Source: a virus
Lineage: Duplodnaviria > Caudoviricetes
Virus record (IMG/VR): IMGVR_UViG_3300032125_000010
Span: 1 to 40,011 of that record
Length of the DNA stretch: 40,011 nucleotides
Strand: one strand, 5' to 3'
The notes below the pieces were generated by a model that saw nothing but the letters and a program-made list of their open reading frames with translations, was not told the origin of the DNA and made no database searches. Position numbers and translations under genes: made by a program. Of this stretch, positions 35,195-40,011 are shown piece by piece. The first letter of the stretch is position 1. Each line of letters begins with the position of its first letter.

Positions 35195-35418
35195 CGGCAA
35201 AAGCGATCAACGACGGGCACGACAACTACACGATCGGGTGCGCGTCTTGCCCGGTGTTCGAGGCGGTGGCTTCGGGGCAGAAACCGACCGTGGCAATCAT
35301 GGCCGCGCACGACAGGAGATTCCACCCGGTGGCGTTCACCAGCGCACGTCAATGGCCGAGTGTGCGTGATGTGCCTCGTGTGGGCGCTGTGCCGCTGGGT
35401 GACGCGCTCAAACCGTAA
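35191..35418 (+). CDS. Hypothetical protein (CxxC...HxxxxH)
   Basis: ATGA coupling; zinc-finger-like ligands. Confidence 0.55.
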   Translation: MTAKAINDGHDNYTIGCASCPVFEAVASGQKPTVAIMAAHDRRFHPVAFTSARQWPSVRDVPRVGAVPLGDALKP

Positions 35419-35501
35419 ATGGGCACAGGTGGGCACCTCAACAATTTGAGCGCGTTAGACGGGCGCGTGTTGAAGATCAGCGAAATGAGAGAAAGCAGAA
35501 A

Positions 35502-35969
35502 ATGAGCGAATCAACCGACATCCCGAAGGGCTACGGCGATCAGGTCGCACCCGCTCCCGAGTGGGGCGACGAGACGATGACCGCAGAACAGTTCATCCGA
35601 CACAACTTGGTGGAAGCCATGCGATTCGATGAGCGCACCAGCGCAGCGATGCGGGCGAACATGGCGGAATCGAAAGGCACCCCCGGCTACGACCTGACCA
35701 TGCAGAAGTACGTGCTCAGGATCGTCACGTTCCTGTTCAAGGTCACGACCGCAGATCTGATGATGACGATCAAGAAGCTCGCCCCGGACCAGGCTGACGA
35801 GGTGGCCCGCGACATCAACGGGCGCCTCGAATCTGGCGACTACTACCCCGAGATGCTGTGGTCCTGGTTGAGCGATCGCGGCATTGACCCCGAACGAATC
35901 CGAACCGAAACCATCGCGGAAATCGCGGCGAGCACGATCAACGAAAACAGCAACGGAAAGAGCAACTAA
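35502..35969 (+). CDS. Hypothetical protein
   Basis: 155 aa; phage-like codon usage; TAATG coupling to ssb. Confidence 0.75.
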   Translation: MSESTDIPKGYGDQVAPAPEWGDETMTAEQFIRHNLVEAMRFDERTSAAMRANMAESKGTPGYDLTMQKYVLRIVTFLFKVTTADLMMTIKKLAPDQADEVARDINGRLESGDYYPEMLWSWLSDRGIDPERIRTETIAEIAASTINENSNGKSN

Positions 35970-36361
35970 TGGCATTCACCGAAGTAACCGGCACCGTCAC
36001 CCGCACGTTCTACAACGGCAAGGGTGCAGAAGTAGTCGAGACATTCCAGAAGAACGACGGCAGCGAAGGCAAGTCGCGTTACTCGCTCTGGTTTAAGGAG
36101 CCGCACAACCTCAACGAAGGCGACACGGGCAAGTGGCGCGGTGCACTCTCGGTCAAGGTTGATGAGTGGAAAGACAACCAGGGCGAGGTCAGACACTCCG
36201 CGAAGGTGTCGCTCAACGGCGCACTGCACGTTGGGGACGGCAAGCAGGCAAGCCAGGCACCGGCCCCGCAGGACGAACCGTGGGCAGCTACTCCCCCGGC
36301 TGCTGCACCGGCTGACACATGGAACGCGCCGGGCAACTTCGATGACCAAACACCCTTCTGA
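35969..36361 (+). CDS. ssb: Single-stranded DNA-binding protein
   Basis: OB-fold-like N-terminus, Pro/Ala linker, acidic tail DDQTPF. Confidence 0.85.
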   Translation: MAFTEVTGTVTRTFYNGKGAEVVETFQKNDGSEGKSRYSLWFKEPHNLNEGDTGKWRGALSVKVDEWKDNQGEVRHSAKVSLNGALHVGDGKQASQAPAPQDEPWAATPPAAAPADTWNAPGNFDDQTPF

Positions 36362-36371
36362 TCGGGTGATT

Positions 36372-36490
36372 TACTGGAAATTAGAATGCGTTTCCGGTAT
36401 AATTAGAACGTCCCCGCAAAGTGTTAGAAGCACTCGGCGGGGACTAACCCACAAATCGTGTCTACCGATTGGAGGGCTTCATGGATTCTA
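36372..36490 (+). promoter_or_regulatory. Promoter, operator and structured leader of HNH cassette
   Basis: TGGAAA-17bp-TATAAT overlapped by inverted repeat TACTGGAAA/TTTCCGGTA; hairpin 36410-36444; AATCG/CGATT hairpin abutting SD GGAGG. Confidence 0.65.
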
Positions 36491-36990
36491 TCTGTGCCGC
36501 CGAAAACTTCCGTAAACCGGAGCGCTGGAACTCAGTTCCCATTCCCGAACGTGTCGCACTCAGGGCCGTCACCAACGTTGACGTTCAGCCCGACGGGTGC
36601 TGGATCAGCCTTTACTCAGTGGCCTCGCACGGCTACTCGCAGATCGGGTGGCAGGACAGCCGAAGCCGGCATGTTGTGCTCGGGCACCGTGCGGCGTGGG
36701 TGTCGGTCAATGGGCAGGTCCCAATGGGCGTGACTATCGACCATCTCTGCAAGGTGCGCCGATGCGTGAATCCTGAGCATCTCCGCCTGCTCCCAAACTT
36801 CGAGAACGCCCGCCGCATCGACGGAAAAGACTGGGCAATGGGTACATGCGCGAACGGACACGACGCGACGAACCTGATCCGGGTCAAGCGCACAACCAAA
36901 TCAGGCGAGCCTCGCTGGGGCCTGACCTGCAAAGCCTGCAAGGCGATCTACTACGCGAGACACGAAGCACGGAGAAAGGAAAAATCATGA
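36481..36990 (+). CDS. HNH endonuclease
   Basis: DGCWI, GHRAAW, TIDHLCKVRRCVNPEHL, CANGH...CKACK. Confidence 0.9.
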   Translation: MDSICAAENFRKPERWNSVPIPERVALRAVTNVDVQPDGCWISLYSVASHGYSQIGWQDSRSRHVVLGHRAAWVSVNGQVPMGVTIDHLCKVRRCVNPEHLRLLPNFENARRIDGKDWAMGTCANGHDATNLIRVKRTTKSGEPRWGLTCKACKAIYYARHEARRKEKS

Positions 36991-37325
36991 TCACTCACGG
37001 CACGCCATCGGGCTATGACGCCGTTGAACTGCGCGAGACGGCATGGCAGGCCCACCGCAAGCAGAACACGATCCCCGGGTACGACAGGCCATGCCGGGAA
37101 GACTTCATGTTCGGATGGGCAGCAGCCCTCGAAGCAGCCGAGACGCCGACCACTGTTGAGTGGGGCGTGCGGATCGACGGCGAACGCCCCTCAGAAACAC
37201 AGGTGTTCGACAACGAATGGGCCGCGCGGGATTGCGCGCAGAATGACAAGGCGTGGTGCTCGGATGCCCCGCGAATCGTTGAGACACGAACCGTCCAGCG
37301 CGGACCTTGGGAGTTGACCCCATGA
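36987..37325 (+). CDS. Hypothetical protein
   Basis: RBS AAAGGA; HGTPSGY start; EWGVR...GPWE. Confidence 0.7.
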   Translation: MITHGTPSGYDAVELRETAWQAHRKQNTIPGYDRPCREDFMFGWAAALEAAETPTTVEWGVRIDGERPSETQVFDNEWAARDCAQNDKAWCSDAPRIVETRTVQRGPWELTP

Positions 37326-37606
37326 CAACCCAGGCCATCATCGAGGACCTAACCCACCTCGACTTCAACCCTGCCGACAACCCGCCGCAGTGTGAGGGTC
37401 AACATCACGCACGCGGCCTGTCTGGTCACGTCGCATCCGAACCTGCCGCTTTCATCGTCATGTCGCCGTGCTGCGGTGTCAAGCCGTTGCAATGTGCGTC
37501 ACGGGTCGCAGCGATGCGTGAGTCGGGGCTGCTGTATTGCGGGTCGTGCAAGGTCGAGCATTTGACGATTCGGTATCGGTTTATTCCGCTGGATGGCGAG
37601 CAGTGA
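37322..37606 (+). CDS. Zinc-binding hypothetical protein
   Basis: CEGQHH, PCCG....QC, CGSC. Confidence 0.7.
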   Translation: MTTQAIIEDLTHLDFNPADNPPQCEGQHHARGLSGHVASEPAAFIVMSPCCGVKPLQCASRVAAMRESGLLYCGSCKVEHLTIRYRFIPLDGEQ

Positions 37607-37693
37607 CACGCCCCGACTAGCAGCACACCACACACGACAACCGGCACCCGCCAGATGGTAGGGGGCCTTTTTTATGACCGAAAGCGGGAAGTA

Positions 37694-37999
37694 ATGACGG
37701 ATTACGAAGCTGTTTATAACGAGGCGTGGCAGGCCGGGGAGAACTGGAGTAAGTGCAGCGATGGTGTCGCCGCAGTGGTGGCAGCGGCAAAGGGGGAAGC
37801 GTGGGATGAGGGCTACGAATCGGGCGTGGATGACGAATCGTTCACAGCGCGTGGATCGTTGAGCGACCCTGATGCCGCTGAACACCCGCACTACAACCCT
37901 TACGTGCACGACCCACTGGCAGCCGCTCACACCACGGATCTCCGCGAGCAGTCCAAGCACTATGCGGTCAAGGCGATGCCGGATGGGGTGGGCGAATGA
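37694..37999 (+). CDS. Hypothetical protein with AWDEG...NPY motif
   Basis: VAAVVAAAKGEAWDEGY...YNPY; ATGA coupling to next gene. Confidence 0.7.
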   Translation: MTDYEAVYNEAWQAGENWSKCSDGVAAVVAAAKGEAWDEGYESGVDDESFTARGSLSDPDAAEHPHYNPYVHDPLAAAHTTDLREQSKHYAVKAMPDGVGE

Positions 38000-38625
38000 C
38001 CGACCTGCTCGCGGCTGTTGATTCTTTGACGAAGCCGCGCCACTCGAAAACCGTGCAATCCAACGAGGCCGGGATAACCTGTGTCTCCCCCGTTGAGTTG
38101 CCGCCGTTGCTCGATGACCTCAACGATGCCATTTACGCAAGCATGGGCGGCAACACGTCGGGCGCATCAGACCCGGCAACCCGTGCACCCGTCAACATCC
38201 TGGCGTTGCAAACACTCATGCGCATCTCAGATCAGGTCGCAGGTTGGGCTCGCATGGCTGGTGTGACCGTGGACAAAGAGAACACCACATCCACGTTGAG
38301 ACGCTGGTATGTGAAGTTCTCGGAGCGGCAGATCAGCGGCGAGGTTGAAAGCATGTACGTGTCGCAGATGAAGGCGTGGGAGTCGCAGATCATCAACGCG
38401 CTCGACCCGCCACGGGAGAAGGATCTGCCATCGGATTGTCCAAGTTGTGGAGCGAGTGAATGGTGGAAGGACGGCGAACGATTCCGCCGCCCACTCGTCA
38501 TCCGGTACCGCGCCGACGACGGGGACATGATCGACAACGCAACGGGCACGTGTCGGGCATGTGCGCAGGTGTGGAGTGCTCGGGCGTTGCAGTACGAGAT
38601 TGAGAACGTGGAGGCCAGCGCATGA
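37996..38625 (+). CDS. Zinc-ribbon protein, candidate late-gene regulator
   Basis: PPLLDDL, LDPPR, CPSCG and CRACAQVW; last gene before the late promoter/terminator, analogous to lambda Q position. Confidence 0.6.
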   Translation: MTDLLAAVDSLTKPRHSKTVQSNEAGITCVSPVELPPLLDDLNDAIYASMGGNTSGASDPATRAPVNILALQTLMRISDQVAGWARMAGVTVDKENTTSTLRRWYVKFSERQISGEVESMYVSQMKAWESQIINALDPPREKDLPSDCPSCGASEWWKDGERFRRPLVIRYRADDGDMIDNATGTCRACAQVWSARALQYEIENVEASA

Positions 38626-38668
38626 CACGCCCGGGGTAGTTGCGCTACGTTCCAATTTGTGGGATACT
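38623..38668 (+). promoter_or_regulatory. Putative late promoter with upstream GACAC motif
   Basis: GACAC 38624-38628; TTGCGC 38640-38645; 17 bp spacer; GATACT 38663-38668. Confidence 0.6.
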
Positions 38669-38701
38669 TGCACCACGCGATACATCTGCGTCAACTTCCA
38701 G

Positions 38702-38733
38702 AAAGGCCCTCTACTTCGGTAGGGGGCCTTTTT
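38702..38733 (+). terminator. Rho-independent terminator just after the late promoter
   Basis: AAAGGCCCTCTAC-TTCG-GTAGGGGGCCTTTTT. Confidence 0.85.
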
Positions 38734-38761
38734 GCGTTAATCTCCCTACATCGCCACCCCC

Positions 38762-39047
38762 GGCATCCACTCAGCCCCACCACAGGCTTCCACGGGCGAG
38801 TGCAGCGGTTAGGGATGTCCTGTCAGTGGCTATGTCCACTGTTCCCCCGGTTGGCTCACCGGCAGGCAGGAAAAACGAGAAGGCGGGCGAGATGCGGGAC
38901 AGCGGCTATATGCCGAACGCCGTGATCGCCCGCCCCCAACACTTGCTACCCAAACCCACACGGAATGGGCCGTCACCGCTAGCTCAGCGGCAGCAAGAGA
39001 CGAGCACTGAATACGCGCTGGTTCGCCGCAGACGCATACGGCCCCCA
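38762..39047 (+). ncRNA. Putative cluster of structured RNAs in the late leader
   Basis: Four consecutive closed multi-stem units; the last two end in CCCCCAAC. Confidence 0.45.
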
Positions 39048-39085
39048 ACTTAGTAACACCAGGCACACTCTCGCTAGGAGTCGTC

Positions 39086-39352
39086 ATGGCAATGGTCCCG
39101 AAACTGCCCCCGATGGATGACGCACCCACACCAGTCGCACCAGTTCCCGCACGTGTATACACGCTGACCGGTGAACGCTCCGACTGCTGCCCATCACGCG
39201 CGTATGCATCAGCCACCGTTGACGACGTGGCGCTGCTGTTCTGCGCTCACCACTGGAACCAACACCGCGGCGTACTGACCGAGATGACGTGCGACTGGAT
39301 CGATGAGACAGAAGCCGTGCTCATCAAGACCGGCGTTGTTTCGGACGTGTAA
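39086..39352 (+). CDS. Small zinc-binding actinophage protein
   Basis: RBS AGGAG; LT..RSDCCPSRAY...LLFCAHHW. Confidence 0.75.
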   Translation: MAMVPKLPPMDDAPTPVAPVPARVYTLTGERSDCCPSRAYASATVDDVALLFCAHHWNQHRGVLTEMTCDWIDETEAVLIKTGVVSDV

Positions 39353-39378
39353 GTCACCAAGCTTCAAACGCGCATATC

Positions 39379-40011
39379 AAGGCAAGGGGCTGTATGTCAT
39401 TGCTAGATGACGCTCTCTACATGGTCGACCTCAGAAACACCGACCTCCGCGCACCCGCGATCGCTACCAAATGGAACATCGGCAACTCAACCGTCAAGGA
39501 TCACCGCCGCAAGCTCGGCATCAAGGCGCAGCAGGCAGTAACAGCCGACGCGCCCGCAGATGTGCTCTCAGGTAAGGCCGAAGAAACCCTCGACGGTTGC
39601 GAGTTCAAAGACGTTCAGACGACCGAGAAGATCGGGACCGACTGGACGCGCATCTTTGAACGCTTCCAGCTCGACTCGGACCTCTTCGAAATCGTTGATG
39701 ACACGGTGCGCATGTCCACCTGGCAGCAGTCAAAAGCGCTGGAAGACGGCACACGCGACGTTGTAAACCTGTTCTCATACTCCGCACGATTCACCCGCAA
39801 GGTTGAAGCACTCGTGGATGTGGCCGAGATCGCCTCGAGCCTGCGCGCATGGAAGCCCACCCAGAACAACACGCCAGTCATGGGACCGCCCGTGACTATG
39901 TTTGTTGGCTGGGCTGACTGGCAGCTCGGCAAGGGCGAAGGCGACGGCACCAAGGGCACCACACAGCGCATCCTTGACAGCTTCCAGGCAACAACAGACC
40001 GCATCACGGCC
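39379..40011 (+). repeat. Diverged terminal repeat, copy B
   Basis: Homologous to 511-1132; final 114 bp identical. Confidence 0.95.
39394..40011 (+). CDS. Metallophosphoesterase, allele B (truncated by window end)
   Basis: ATG TCA TTG CTA GAT...; open to the end; MSLLDDALYMVDLRN...ADWQLGK, with a 4-aa insertion relative to allele A. Confidence 0.9.
   Translation, partial: MSLLDDALYMVDLRNTDLRAPAIATKWNIGNSTVKDHRRKLGIKAQQAVTADAPADVLSGKAEETLDGCEFKDVQTTEKIGTDWTRIFERFQLDSDLFEIVDDTVRMSTWQQSKALEDGTRDVVNLFSYSARFTRKVEALVDVAEIASSLRAWKPTQNNTPVMGPPVTMFVGWADWQLGKGEGDGTKGTTQRILDSFQATTDRITA

Larger units (their letters stand above)
1..40011. mobile_element. Temperate siphovirus-type actinobacteriophage genome, non-integrated form, circular unit about 38.9 kb
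   Basis: Full set of packaging, head, tail, lysis, integration, immunity and replication genes in canonical order; intact attP; no host genes; end overlaps start. Confidence 0.95.

Noticed and set aside
37669-38730. Additional integrase arm sites (TAGGGGGCC at ~37659-37669 and 38720)
   Set aside because: They are the 3' arms of terminator-like hairpins far from attP; this also weakens the single TAGGGGG match at 23221
38967-39047. Canonical tRNA
   Set aside because: Has a 7-bp closing stem and CCA but no proper anticodon arm or T-arm geometry; kept only as tRNA-like
38640-39053. 137-aa ORF across the late leader
   Set aside because: Starts inside the -35 box, crosses a strong terminator, lacks an RBS and has non-protein-like composition
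39379-40011. True direct terminal repeat, or DGR template/variable repeat pair
   Set aside because: Copies differ at all base types plus an indel, not adenine-specifically; no reverse transcriptase in the genome; physical terminal repeats would be identical

Overview
The window is an essentially complete temperate, long-tailed (siphovirus-type) phage genome of a high-GC actinobacterial host. The host is inferred to be a non-mycolate actinomycete such as Micrococcales, from the WhiB gene, leaderless promoters and an M23 endolysin without a LysB-like esterase. Gene order: phosphoesterase, HNH, terminase, portal, head, tail, lysis, a second tail-fibre-like gene, accessory operons, an intact attP (3' half of tRNA-Arg(TCT) with arm-type repeats), tyrosine integrase, repressor/Cro/Xis switch, then early recombination and replication genes and a late promoter/terminator. 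No host genes are present and attP is intact, so this is the non-integrated form. The end (39379-40011) repeats 511-1132 as a diverged allele, identical only over the last 114 bp. This gives a circular unit of about 38,879 bp, with positions 1-1018 representing a second, HNH-carrying variant. The main unexplained features are a stand-alone integrase arm-binding-like protein near attP, three cassettes with an identical hairpin/RBS/antisense -10 layout, and structured non-coding RNA clusters in the early and late leaders. All functional calls come from motif recognition and synteny by eye; no database searches or folding programs were run.
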